The notes below the pieces were generated by a model. The model saw only the letters and a program-made list of their open reading frames with translations, searched no databases and was not told the DNA's origin. DNA of 64,000 bases from the NCBI GenBank assembly GCA_050248735.1, contig JBFWRU010000005.1:39607-103606 (forward strand). Direction: 5' to 3'. A program made the position numbers and the translations under genes. The DNA is from Nitrospirales bacterium. Its GTDB lineage: Bacteria > Nitrospirota > Nitrospiria > Nitrospirales > UBA8639. Positions within the stretch are counted from its first letter, which is position 1, and the number at the start of each line of letters is the position of its first letter. Positions 9,696 to 19,624 of this stretch are shown piece by piece.

Positions 9696-10919
9696 ATGCT
9701 CCCCCAACACCATTCCACGACACGACTGATCATGGTAAAGGCCGTGCTGCCTGTTCTGATTCTACTGCTGGCTGGTGGGATTGCCTATTCGATCATCACC
9801 ACCGCCCCACAACCTGAACGTCATCCCAAGCCTCGGCAACCACGGCTGGTGGAAACCGTTGAAATCCATCTGACCAAACAGATGTTGACTATTGAAGCGT
9901 GGGGACACGTCCGACCGGTTCATCAAATCACGCTTCGCTCACAAGTGAACGGGAAAATCATCTCGGTCAACCCTGAGCTGATGCCCGGCGGTCGTTTCAC
10001 CGCACAGGACACCATTCTCCGTCTGGAACCGACGGATTATGTGCTTGCTGTGCGTCAACGACAAACCGATCTCGAAAAAGCACGCGTGGCTTTAGTTCTC
10101 GAAGAAGGCAACCAGACCGTCGCCAAACAGGAATTCGAGCTATTGGGCGAAACGATTAACGAGCAGGAAAAAGCCCTGGTCCTCCGCCTGCCGCAACTGA
10201 ACGCCATGAAAGCCGACGTGGACGCCGCGAAGGCGGCCCTGCAATCCGCAAAACTCGCATTAGCCCGCACCGTCATCAAAGCCCCGTTTGACGCCACAGT
10301 CCTTCTCCGTCACGTCGATCTCGGGACATATGTCACCACCACCTCGGATCTCGTAACGCTCGCGGGAACCGATGAGTACTGGGTCGAATTAGCGGTCCCC
10401 ATCGCTCAATTACGATGGATCACGATTCCCCGCACGCCTGATGAAACCGGATCGGTCGTCAAACTCTTTCAAGAATCCGTGTGGGGAAAAGGACAATTCC
10501 GGACAGGCCGGGTGGTCCGGTTGCTCACGGATCTTGAGCCCGACGGGCGAATGGCCCAGGTTCTGGTGGCCATTCAGGATCCTCTCAATCTTCAGGAACA
10601 GAACACGCACAAGCCCCGCGTCCTGCTCGGTTCCTACCTGCGCGCGGAAATCCAAGGGAAGGAACTCGATGGTCTCGCCAAATTGGATCGACGCTGGATC
10701 CACGATAAGGACACCCTGTGGCTCATGAATCAAGACAATGCCCTGGAAATCCGTCCGGTCACGATCGCGTATCGCGGCCAACATGAAGTCTTTATTTCTG
10801 ACGGACTTCAAACGGGAGATCGCCTGGTGGTCACTGATATTTCTGCTCCCACGGAAGGGATGCCTCTTCGCCTTCTCAACAGCCGTCCCGACACACCGGT
10901 GACACCCCATGGAACATAA
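9696..10919 (+). CDS. RND efflux membrane-fusion (HlyD-family periplasmic adaptor) protein
   Basis: 407 aa with an N-terminal TM anchor, a coiled-coil hairpin (LEKARVAL...AALQSAKLALARTVIKAPFD) and beta-barrel domains. It overlaps the pump gene by 11 nt. Confidence 0.85.
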   Translation: MLPQHHSTTRLIMVKAVLPVLILLLAGGIAYSIITTAPQPERHPKPRQPRLVETVEIHLTKQMLTIEAWGHVRPVHQITLRSQVNGKIISVNPELMPGGRFTAQDTILRLEPTDYVLAVRQRQTDLEKARVALVLEEGNQTVAKQEFELLGETINEQEKALVLRLPQLNAMKADVDAAKAALQSAKLALARTVIKAPFDATVLLRHVDLGTYVTTTSDLVTLAGTDEYWVELAVPIAQLRWITIPRTPDETGSVVKLFQESVWGKGQFRTGRVVRLLTDLEPDGRMAQVLVAIQDPLNLQEQNTHKPRVLLGSYLRAEIQGKELDGLAKLDRRWIHDKDTLWLMNQDNALEIRPVTIAYRGQHEVFISDGLQTGDRLVVTDISAPTEGMPLRLLNSRPDTPVTPHGT

Positions 10920-13900
10920 ACACTCTCCATCTCCCCCTTTCCAGACATCCGGCCCCCTGGCATGGATGGTTCACAACCGCGTGACACCCAACCTGCTCAT
11001 GTTGACGTTACTTCTTGGCGGGTTGTTTATGGCTTCACAGATTAAACAAGAGGTGTTTCCCGAATTTGAAGAAGACACGGTCACCATCACCGTTCCCTTT
11101 CCCGGCGCGAGTCCCGAAGAAGTCGAACACGGGGTCATCCTGGCGATTGAAGAAGGCGTCCGGGGGCTTGAAGGAGTGAGCGAGATCCGGGCCACCGCCT
11201 CGGAAAATCAGGGAACGGTGGTCGTCGAACTTCTGGCCAATTCCGATAATCAAAAAGTCTATCAGGACATTCAGCAGGCGATCAGCCGCATCGTGACGTT
11301 TCCCGAAGATACCGAAAAACCGCGAGTCACGCTGGACACCCGTCGTCGCGACGTCCTGACCCTTCAATTATACGGAGACGTCTCGGAATGGACCCTTCGC
11401 GAAGCCGCCGAACAGGTTCGAGACCGTCTTTTACAGGAATCCGGCATCACGCAAATCGACCTTGAAGGCGCACGGGCCTATGAGATTCACGTCGAGGTGG
11501 CTCAAGCCGATCTCCGGGCTTATGGACTCACGTTGGAAGACATCGCGCAAACCATTTCCGCAACCGCGCTCGATCGCTCCGGTGGCAGTGTGGAAACCTC
11601 AAGCGGCGAAATTCTGTTGCGGGTTCAGGAACGACGGAATTGGGCATCGGACTTTGCCGATATCCCCATCATCGCCAACCAAACGGGCACGCTCGTGCGC
11701 CTGGGCGATATCGCGCACGTGTCTGAAGGATTCCAGGAAAACGAGACGTTTGCAATCTTTAACGGGGTTCGTGCCATCGGCATTGAGGTCTATCGAGTCG
11801 GCGACCAAACCCCGATCGGCGTGTCGAAGAGTGCACACGCTGCAATGGCCCGTATCCTTCCGGATCTGCCATCCGCCATCGAATACACCGTTCTGAAGGA
11901 TCGGTCAGAAATCTATTATCAACGGCTGACGCTGCTTCTAAAGAACGGATTTCTGGGATTGTTGCTGGTGCTGGCTATTCTCAGCCTGTTTCTTGAATAC
12001 AAACTGGCATTCTGGGTAACGGTGGGAATCCCAACCTCTTTTCTGGGAGCCATATTATTTCTGCCGATCATGGACGTCTCCATCAATATGATCTCACTCT
12101 TTGCGTTCATTATTGCGCTCGGAATTGTTGTGGACGACGCCATCATCGCCGGTGAAAACATTTACGAGTACCGGCAACGCGGAAAATCCTTCGCCGAGGC
12201 GGCTATCTTGGGAGCTCGTGACATCGCGGTCCCCATCAGCTTCAGCATTCTGACGAATATCGTGGCTTTCCTCCCTCTGATGTTCGTCCCCGGATCATTC
12301 GGAAAAATCTGGGCCGTTATTCCTGTGGTGGTCTCGGCGGCATTCATTATTTCCTGGATCGAAGCCCTGTTCGTGCTTCCGGCACACTTGGCTCATACCG
12401 GCGCCAATCCGACCGGCACTATCGGATCTACCCTTCATCAGACCCAACAACGGTTCAGCGCCTGGTTCACCCGGTTTGTCGAAAAGACCTATGGTCCGTT
12501 TCTTCGCCGGGCGACTGCACATCGCTATCTGTGTATGGCCATCGGGTTCGGGATCTTCGCCATCGTGCTTGCCTATCCGTTCAGCGGGCGAATGGGCTTT
12601 ATTCTGATGCCCACGGTTGAGGCCGATTTTGCCAAGGCCACAGCCGTGCTGCCTTTCGGAAGTCCTCGCACTGAAATGATCCGGATACGAGACGGGTTGA
12701 TACGCTCGGTTCAGGAAGTCATTGACCGGTATCCCGGACAAAAAACCTCTACCGGGACTTTTGCCTTGGTACTGGAAAACACCGTCGACGTTCGCGCCTA
12801 TTTGCCTGATCCCAACGATCGGCCTCTCAGCACCAGCGAATTGACCAGTCTCTGGCGGGAAAACACTCCGGATTTCCCGGGAGTGCAATACGTGCGGTTT
12901 GAGTCGGACAGCGGAGGACCGGGGCGTGGGGCTTCGATCAGTGTTGAACTCAGCCATCGTAATATTGACATGCTCGATCGTGCGAGCACGGAGTTGGCAG
13001 ACCGTCTGGCTGAATTTGAAAGCGTCAAAGACGTGGACGACGGGTATTCCCCCGGAAAACCTCAGCTGGATTTTCGGATCAAGGAGGAGGCCCGAAGCCT
13101 GGGGTTAACCGCGGGCGAGATTGCCAGACAAGCCCGCAATGCGTTTTACGGGTCGGAAGCCCTTCGCCAACAACGAGGGCGCAATGAAATCAAGGTGCTG
13201 GTACGATTTCCCGAATCGGAACGCGCGAGTGAATACCACGTGGAAAATCTGGTGCTGCGAACGCCTGCCGGTCCCCATGTGCCGTTGTATCAGGTTGCAA
13301 CAGTCGAAAAAGGACGGGCCTTTCGGGAAATCACCCGCCGGGACGGACACCGAACGGTGACCGTCACCGCGAATGTCCAGCCCGCAAAAGAAACCAACCT
13401 TGTTCTGAATCGGCTGACAAGCGATGTGCTTCCGGAATTGCTTCGTGATTATCCCGGCCTGAGTTACACCTTCGAAGGACGCCAAGCCGACATGCGCGAT
13501 GCGCTTCAGAGTTTTTTATATAGTTCGACCTTGGCCTTGATCCTGATTTATGTGTTGCTGGCCGTGCCGTTTCGCAGTTACCTGCAACCGGCCATTGTCA
13601 TGGCGGCCATTCCGTTCGGGCTGGTTGGTGCGGTGATCGGACATATGATCATGGGATATAGCATCAGCATCATCAGTATGATGGGAATCATTGCGCTGGG
13701 AGGGGTAGTGGTCAACGACTCGCTGATCATGATCGACTATGCCAACACCAAGCGCCGGGAAGGGCACAGTGCGGTTGAGGCCATCTGCCAGGCCGGCATC
13801 CGCCGCTTTCGACCGATTTTGTTGACCACCCTCACAACGTTCGGGGGACTTGGTCCCATGATTTTTGAAACATCCCGTCAGGCACGGTTCATGATCCCCA

Positions 13901-14067
13901 TGGCCATTTCATTGGGATATGGCATTCTCTTTGCGACCGCCATCATGCTCGTGCTCATTCCCTGTCTATATTTGATCGTGGAGGATATATTGGCAATCTT
14001 CACCACCATCGAAACACCTTCCCCCGCACAAGCTCCGAAAGCCCCGGACGCCCTCGTCGCCGAGTAA
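10909..14067 (+). CDS. RND efflux transporter, AcrB/CzcA superfamily inner-membrane pump
   Basis: 1052 aa with 12-TM architecture and two large periplasmic loops. Motifs include LALGIVVDDAIIAGENI and GGVVVNDSLIMIDY. Confidence 0.9.
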   Translation: MEHKHSPSPPFQTSGPLAWMVHNRVTPNLLMLTLLLGGLFMASQIKQEVFPEFEEDTVTITVPFPGASPEEVEHGVILAIEEGVRGLEGVSEIRATASENQGTVVVELLANSDNQKVYQDIQQAISRIVTFPEDTEKPRVTLDTRRRDVLTLQLYGDVSEWTLREAAEQVRDRLLQESGITQIDLEGARAYEIHVEVAQADLRAYGLTLEDIAQTISATALDRSGGSVETSSGEILLRVQERRNWASDFADIPIIANQTGTLVRLGDIAHVSEGFQENETFAIFNGVRAIGIEVYRVGDQTPIGVSKSAHAAMARILPDLPSAIEYTVLKDRSEIYYQRLTLLLKNGFLGLLLVLAILSLFLEYKLAFWVTVGIPTSFLGAILFLPIMDVSINMISLFAFIIALGIVVDDAIIAGENIYEYRQRGKSFAEAAILGARDIAVPISFSILTNIVAFLPLMFVPGSFGKIWAVIPVVVSAAFIISWIEALFVLPAHLAHTGANPTGTIGSTLHQTQQRFSAWFTRFVEKTYGPFLRRATAHRYLCMAIGFGIFAIVLAYPFSGRMGFILMPTVEADFAKATAVLPFGSPRTEMIRIRDGLIRSVQEVIDRYPGQKTSTGTFALVLENTVDVRAYLPDPNDRPLSTSELTSLWRENTPDFPGVQYVRFESDSGGPGRGASISVELSHRNIDMLDRASTELADRLAEFESVKDVDDGYSPGKPQLDFRIKEEARSLGLTAGEIARQARNAFYGSEALRQQRGRNEIKVLVRFPESERASEYHVENLVLRTPAGPHVPLYQVATVEKGRAFREITRRDGHRTVTVTANVQPAKETNLVLNRLTSDVLPELLRDYPGLSYTFEGRQADMRDALQSFLYSSTLALILIYVLLAVPFRSYLQPAIVMAAIPFGLVGAVIGHMIMGYSISIISMMGIIALGGVVVNDSLIMIDYANTKRREGHSAVEAICQAGIRRFRPILLTTLTTFGGLGPMIFETSRQARFMIPMAISLGYGILFATAIMLVLIPCLYLIVEDILAIFTTIETPSPAQAPKAPDALVAE

Positions 14068-14191
14068 GCAAGATTCCTGTTCAAGCAGGAACGCGCTGTT
14101 CGTTTTTGTATTTCCGAAATGTGTACGTGTATAGGATTGAGATCACAAGCATTTAGAACGACTCTTGAGTAAGCATTTATGCAGACACGTC

Positions 14192-14689
14192 TTATGCCGA
14201 AGGCTCCTCGCGAAAGGACCCTAAAAATAAGGCTGCACAGAGCATACCCCCACCCAGCAATAAACCTCCTACCCCCATGTAGGCGAATATTTCCGTCAGA
14301 ATATGCTCATGGGCGGGTCCACGCCCGATAGAGGGCGCCAAGACAAACATGGCCAGCCATGAGAGTGGATACAAACTGCCGAAGCCAAGTAAAATCGCCG
14401 AGGCCTTTTTGTACCCGGATTTCATTCCGGAAAACATCAGGAGGATGATAAGCCCCAAGGAAAAGGCGGCAATGCCCGTCGCATGGAAATGGGCGCGCTG
14501 AGCATACCGCCAGATCTTATCGGCGCTTTTAGAATCATGAAATTCGGGATTTGCGGCTACTCCCTGGGCAATATACTCTTTAAAGAAGTCTTCATTGATG
14601 CCGAAAACCATTCCCATGCCTACGCCAAACATCAGACCCAGTAGCACAAGTCCCAGCCCCACTCTTACGATTTGAATCTCCTTGGTCAT
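14192..14689 (-). CDS. Hypothetical 4-TM membrane protein
   Basis: 165-aa ORF with four hydrophobic segments. The family is not recognised. Confidence 0.55.
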   Translation of the reverse strand: MTKEIQIVRVGLGLVLLGLMFGVGMGMVFGINEDFFKEYIAQGVAANPEFHDSKSADKIWRYAQRAHFHATGIAAFSLGLIILLMFSGMKSGYKKASAILLGFGSLYPLSWLAMFVLAPSIGRGPAHEHILTEIFAYMGVGGLLLGGGMLCAALFLGSFREEPSA

Positions 14690-14873
14690 TAGTTTTTCTC
14701 GCCTCCATTTAACTTCATCAAATCGACCATACTAATTACGTTTTCCTTCGAATGGGCATTCCTGCTCCTGACCGCATATGCATGAGGATCATCAGGTATG
14801 CCCAAATTCCCTAGTTGAGCCTAGAGAAGTTGGGAAATTGTTGTGAGCTCACCCTGGCACCAATTTTCCTGCA

Positions 14874-16223
14874 TCACTCCGGTCCGGCGTGTGTGGGCCA
14901 TTCAAGAGTGGCCCGCACACCACCCAATGAAGACCGATCCAGGGAAAGAGAGCCTCCGTACAACACGGCAATATCAGATACGATATCGAGCCCCAATCCG
15001 CTCCCCGATATGGCTTCATCAAGCCTGCGCCCTCGTTGAATGACCACAGCTTCCTGGCCTTTGGGAATACCAGGTCCATCATCTTCCACAACGACCCGCC
15101 ATTTGTCTCCGGCCCGCTCTCCACAAACCTGAACAACCGTCTTAGCCCATTTGCAGGCATTGTCCAACACATTGCCTAACATTTCCTGTAAATCCTGTTC
15201 ATCGCCTTGAAAGTAAATCTCGTCCAGTCCAACCAGTTGAATGTCGAGGTTTTTGTCCTTGTACAGATATTCCAAAGAAAACCGTAAATCCTCGGCTATC
15301 GTCCCTACCACCGTCCGGGTTCCCGGCAATCGACTCGCACCAGCCATTCGGGCTTTTGAAAGGTACCGGTGTATCGAATGTGTCATGTTCTCGAGTTGTT
15401 CTTCCATCAGGTGTCCTTGCTCATCGTTGATGGCACGAGCCTCATTCGTAAGGACCATTAAAGGATTTTTCAGGGAATGGGCCAAATTCGCGGTTTGTGT
15501 ACGTGCCCGCTCCAGGACTGCCGCATTATGATCCAAGAGCGCGTTCAGTTCCGAGACAACCGGTTGCACCTCCCCTGGAAAACTTTCCGGAAGTCTCGCT
15601 GTTTTTCCCGATCGGGTGTCCGACAACGCCTGCTGTAACCGGGACAGTGGACGCAACCCGATCCGAATTTGAAAAAACACCGCACCAACTAATCCGACCC
15701 CTAATGCGGTCAAAGTGATCAACAACATGGTGGAAAATTCGTGGACATCCTGATCAATGTTGGAAACCGGGCCTGCCACCACAAACGTGAACAAGGCATC
15801 GGATTCGGGAAGGGTGACATTTTCAACCAACCCGCGTAATGCCATGCCGACTGGGTCCACGAGAATCTGGTATTGCAAACCGGTCCCGATGCCCGGATCG
15901 GTCACGCTCAGGGTATGCTGCCACAGGGAGCGGGATCGGGCTCGCAATGTGCCATTTTCGAGGATCTGCCAATACCACCCGGATAGTGGCCGGTGAAAGC
16001 GAAGGTTGGACGGAATCCATGTCATCTGCAACGCTCCGTCTGTGGGAGAGATTTCGCTGGCCGCAATATTCCCCTTCAGTTGATCGAACAAGAAGTCATC
16101 AAATCGGCGTTCCACATGAGAGCGAAAAAGAAGAATCAACAGCACACCGACCACCACAAGCGTCACCGCCACCCATACACTGGATAGAATCAGCAGACGG
16201 AGAGCCAACGTATTACGCTTCAT
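14874..16223 (-). CDS. Sensor histidine kinase (PhoQ/QseC-like: 2 TM, HAMP, HisKA, HATPase_c)
   Basis: H-box LAHSLKNPLMVL, N-box LGNVLDNACKWA, G-boxes DDGPGI / GSGLGLDI. The ATG at 16223 (MKRNTLALRLLIL) overlaps the regulator stop by 11 nt. The ORF track extends the frame to 16283. Confidence 0.85.
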   Translation of the reverse strand: MKRNTLALRLLILSSVWVAVTLVVVGVLLILLFRSHVERRFDDFLFDQLKGNIAASEISPTDGALQMTWIPSNLRFHRPLSGWYWQILENGTLRARSRSLWQHTLSVTDPGIGTGLQYQILVDPVGMALRGLVENVTLPESDALFTFVVAGPVSNIDQDVHEFSTMLLITLTALGVGLVGAVFFQIRIGLRPLSRLQQALSDTRSGKTARLPESFPGEVQPVVSELNALLDHNAAVLERARTQTANLAHSLKNPLMVLTNEARAINDEQGHLMEEQLENMTHSIHRYLSKARMAGASRLPGTRTVVGTIAEDLRFSLEYLYKDKNLDIQLVGLDEIYFQGDEQDLQEMLGNVLDNACKWAKTVVQVCGERAGDKWRVVVEDDGPGIPKGQEAVVIQRGRRLDEAISGSGLGLDIVSDIAVLYGGSLSLDRSSLGGVRATLEWPTHAGPE

Positions 16224-16884
16224 GATCCAATTCCATGAGTTGGTATCCCTTACCCCGATGAGTGCTGATAAATGAAGCGCCAAGCTTCTTTCTCAATCGA
16301 TTGATTAAGACTTCGATCACGTTGGAATCCAGATCAAAATCCTGGTTGTAAATATGTTCCGTAAGCTGAGTTTTAGAAATGACGGCTTTGGGGTGATGGA
16401 GAAAATACGATAAGGTACGGAATTCTAAGGCGGTCAATTCCACAGGTTGATCGTGAATGGTCACCCGTTGGTGACTCGTGTCGAGGGTGACCGAACCCCA
16501 GGTGAGAACGGAACTGGCATGGCCTGCAGCGCGCCGAATGAGAGCCTCTATCCGAGCCACGACTTCTTCCACTTCAAAAGGTTTTGTCAGATAATCGTCG
16601 GCGCCCGCACGCAAGCCTAATACTTTTTCCCTCCAGGTATCCCGAGCGGTTAAAATGAGAATCGGCATCTTGCGTCCTTCTTGACGCCACCGTTGCAAGA
16701 CGGTTAAGCCTTCAGACTTCGGCAAACCCAAATCGAGAATGACGGCATCGTAGGATTCGGTCTGACCCAGAAACTCTCCGTCCTCGCCATCACCAGCGAC
16801 ATCCACGACATATCCCCCTCGTTTCAGAGCTTCGGCTAATTGCCTGGCTACATGGGGATTATCTTCGACAACGAGCACTCTCAA
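16213..16884 (-). CDS. OmpR-family response regulator
   Basis: Receiver RVLVVEDN...AVILDLGLPKSEG...KPF and a winged helix (ISTHRGKGYQL). I prefer the TTG at 16884 (giving MRVLVVEDN, 223 aa) because the ORF-track start at 16989 would overlap the upstream PepSY gene by 77 nt. Confidence 0.85.
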   Translation of the reverse strand: MRVLVVEDNPHVARQLAEALKRGGYVVDVAGDGEDGEFLGQTESYDAVILDLGLPKSEGLTVLQRWRQEGRKMPILILTARDTWREKVLGLRAGADDYLTKPFEVEEVVARIEALIRRAAGHASSVLTWGSVTLDTSHQRVTIHDQPVELTALEFRTLSYFLHHPKAVISKTQLTEHIYNQDFDLDSNVIEVLINRLRKKLGASFISTHRGKGYQLMELDHEA

Positions 16885-16912
16885 CGCATCACCACTTGCT
16901 GAACTCTGATTG

Positions 16913-17257
16913 TCATGGTGAATGGTCTTGGCGCCCTTTGACGTTGAGACGAGCCATCGTTTTGGCATCGTACTCGATTTTGAGAACATTGCCCTGAGGG
17001 GTCAGCAATTTGACTTCATAGATCCATTGCGATTCCTCATCTTCCAACTCCAATTCAAGAATAATCCCCTCAAACTCCGCCTGTACCTGTTGAAAGACTC
17101 GTTCCACCGGGACGACTTCAGCCTTCAATTGTTGATACCCCGGGACCTCATCCGCATATGCCGACGACAAAAGTCCGAACAAACCGGCAGTCAACCCTAG
17201 AGTCCATACGAACAAGGGCACATCGTTCCGCGATTTTCTCTGCAGATTATACCTCAT
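16913..17257 (-). CDS. PepSY-domain exported protein
   Basis: 114 aa with a signal anchor and the pattern EGIILELELEDEESQWIYEVKLLTPQGNVLKIEYDAKT, typical of PepSY. It is the first gene of the PepSY-RR-HK string. Confidence 0.7.
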   Translation of the reverse strand: MRYNLQRKSRNDVPLFVWTLGLTAGLFGLLSSAYADEVPGYQQLKAEVVPVERVFQQVQAEFEGIILELELEDEESQWIYEVKLLTPQGNVLKIEYDAKTMARLNVKGRQDHSP

Positions 17258-17477
17258 GTTCTCTTTCTCCTTTCTCTTTTCACACAGACCAAACCCCTAA
17301 TCCTATCACCTTCAAGCTTAACCAAAGCTTAAATTCCTGTTCAGTATGGCCTCAGGATGCAAGAGGTACAATCCTCAAAGATGAATCGCCACGCTTAACC
17401 ATAAAGGAGGTTGACAGATCGTCAAAATGGACATTGGCAAATTCACTACCCTTTCATTAAATCAAGGAGAAGCATCA

Positions 17478-17932
17478 TGAGCAAACACATTCTTTTCATG
17501 ACCGTATCGATTTTCTTATTGGGTTCACTTACCCTCTGGGCACAATTCCAGGATCCACGACACACTGGCATCACGACCGTGTCTGCCGCTCAAGAGGTCA
17601 AGGATGATACCTGGGTGACTCTTAGCGGCACCATTCTTCGCCAACTAGGCGAGGAACGCTATCTGTTCCAGGATGCCACGGGGACGATGGTCGTCGAGAT
17701 TGATCACGAGGACTGGGAAAATGTCACCGCCGATCCGAAAACGATCCTCCGCATCTCGGGAGAAATCGACCGGGATTGGTTGACGACGGAAATGGAGGTG
17801 GAACGGGTCGAGACGGAGAACGTTTCAAGCCCGGGCGTAAGTCAGTTTCAACAGAACTCTTCCGATCAGACCAACCCAATTGACGGAATGCAGACTTCAA
17901 GCCGACGCGTCAGTCTGCTTCAACTGCATTGA
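17478..17932 (+). CDS. YgiW/YdeI-family (BOF) periplasmic stress-tolerance OB-fold protein
   Basis: RBS AAGGAGAAG 5 nt upstream of the ATG at 17478, plus a signal peptide. The core VSAAQEVKDDTWVTLSGTILRQLGEERYLFQDATGTMVVEIDHEDW is colinear with YgiW. Confidence 0.75.
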
Positions 17933-17952
17933 GGAGATCGGGGCTATTAAGA

Positions 17953-17986
17953 CTCGCGCCTCCATCAATTTGATGGAGGACGCGAG
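17953..17986 (+). terminator. Imperfect hairpin downstream of the ygiW-like gene
   Basis: CTCGCGCCTCCATCA-att-TGATGGAGGACGCGAG lies 21 nt after the stop. No U-tract follows, so it is a weak terminator call. Confidence 0.3.
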
Positions 17987-18165
17987 CAACCGTCTCTCCC
18001 GGATGGTGATCCTAAAAGCATAGGAGTTCCGACATGACAGATGAAGTCGGCCGGTTCACCGAATAACCCGCACCCAACCATTGAGGCAATACAACATGAA
18101 CATCATGACGATAATGCATTGTGGAACCCCAGAAGGTTTTTGGTGATGCGGTAAAAGGAGGACAT

Positions 18166-18408
18166 ATGAACAACCGTTACATAGCTGGAAGATTCCAAGC
18201 ATGGTATACGCCGGGACAAATATTTTCCTGGCTACAACAACAACGATATCAAGTTTTTAACATTCAGTACGACGACCACTGGTATATCGTTGAAGCCCGG
18301 GATTACGACGGCCAATTGGTTACCTTGAAGGTGAATCCCACGACCAGAATGGTGTGCACATGGAAATTACTCGCACACCACTCAATCTCTATTGCACATG
18401 GAGAATAG
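18166..18408 (+). CDS. Small PepSY-like domain protein
   Basis: RBS AAAGGAGGA upstream of the ATG at 18166. IQYDDHWYIVEARDYDGQLVTLKVNPTT resembles the PepSY beta-sheet pattern. Confidence 0.5.
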   Translation: MNNRYIAGRFQAWYTPGQIFSWLQQQRYQVFNIQYDDHWYIVEARDYDGQLVTLKVNPTTRMVCTWKLLAHHSISIAHGE

Positions 18409-18654
18409 GTTGCTTAGTTTCACCGGCAGATGCTCAATAAGCAATGCCTAAAAGAAAAGCCACGCCAGTCGGTGTGAACCCGTTCGATATGTGATTCGAC
18501 AAAACTATTACTCGGTTGGAACCCAGTCAGGCCCCTTTCAAAAATGCATTTCTGGACGTTCAACCAGAAAGTCAACCTGTTTGCCTAGAGGATCAATAAG
18601 GTCAATCAGGCATTTACCGGCACTTACCGGAAGTTGAACAACACTTCTCCAAAA

Positions 18655-19437
18655 TTAGCGGTTTGGCATTCGCTTGAGAATCCACTGGGTTTTTGTGTTC
18701 ACATAGTCGTTGTCGTCCGTAGGACGATGACGGAGCGGCCTGGGAATGACTGCAGCCAGACGGATCCCCTCATTCAACGTGAGCTGAGAGGCCGGTTTGT
18801 GAAAATACCGTTGAGCGGCGGCCTCCACACCGAACACTCCAGGTCCCCATTCAATGACATTCAAATACAGTTCCAAAATCCGCTTTTTCGTTAACGAATT
18901 CTCCAACATCCAGGTTATCAGGAGTTCCTTGAATTTTCGGATCGGGTCCTTGGACGTCGAGAGATACAAATTTTTGGCTAATTGCTGAGTGATGGTAGAC
19001 CCGCCCCTGACAATGCGACCCTCCTCCCAGTTGTCTTCCAGGGCTTCCCGGACCTCATGCCAATCCACTCCGGCGTGGGAAAAGAAGGCCCCGTCCTCGG
19101 CCACCAGTACCGCCATGCGCACATGCTTGGGGATTTGCGCCAACGGAACCCAGCGGTAGTCGATGCGCAAGATGGTTCCTTTACCATTCGCCTCGGCCTT
19201 CCGCTGCTCCATTAACGCGGTCTGGGTAGGATTCTTGGAAGACAATTGCGCGACCCCCAAAAAGGGAAGCGTCAGGATTTCATAGGCTAGAAAGACCACG
19301 AAAAGAATCAAGACAAGCTTGACGGGAAACTTCCGAAGCCATCCAAACCTCCCGGACCGCCTTTTCCTGACCTGTCCGTATTGCCAGAGTGGTTTATTGG
19401 GGCGAACCCGTCTGATTCGTTGCGGTGACCGTTTCAT
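18655..19437 (-). CDS. mtgA: Monofunctional biosynthetic peptidoglycan transglycosylase
   Basis: 260 aa with an N-terminal TM anchor and GT51 motifs VAEDGAFFSHAGVD, RGGSTITQQLAKNLYLS and RILELYLNVIEWG. Confidence 0.85.
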   Translation of the reverse strand: MKRSPQRIRRVRPNKPLWQYGQVRKRRSGRFGWLRKFPVKLVLILFVVFLAYEILTLPFLGVAQLSSKNPTQTALMEQRKAEANGKGTILRIDYRWVPLAQIPKHVRMAVLVAEDGAFFSHAGVDWHEVREALEDNWEEGRIVRGGSTITQQLAKNLYLSTSKDPIRKFKELLITWMLENSLTKKRILELYLNVIEWGPGVFGVEAAAQRYFHKPASQLTLNEGIRLAAVIPRPLRHRPTDDNDYVNTKTQWILKRMPNR

Positions 19438-19624
19438 GGGTCAACCCCTGACATACTTCACCCCTTGTGGCGAATAGGCTATGATGATGCCCTTATGGAA
19501 GACCAAACACAAGAAGACTACAGCGCTGGGAGAAACAACCAGGACAAACATGTTCATCATGACATGCCTTGAGCTTCCCCCCATGGTGTTTTCATCTCTT
19601 TCATTATAAGGACTCAATAATGAC

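Noticed and set aside
12295-12957. 220-aa minus-strand ORF (and similar ones at 10410..10910 and 13105..13485)
   Set aside because: These are antisense shadows inside the RND pump and MFP genes, with no RBS or recognisable domains.
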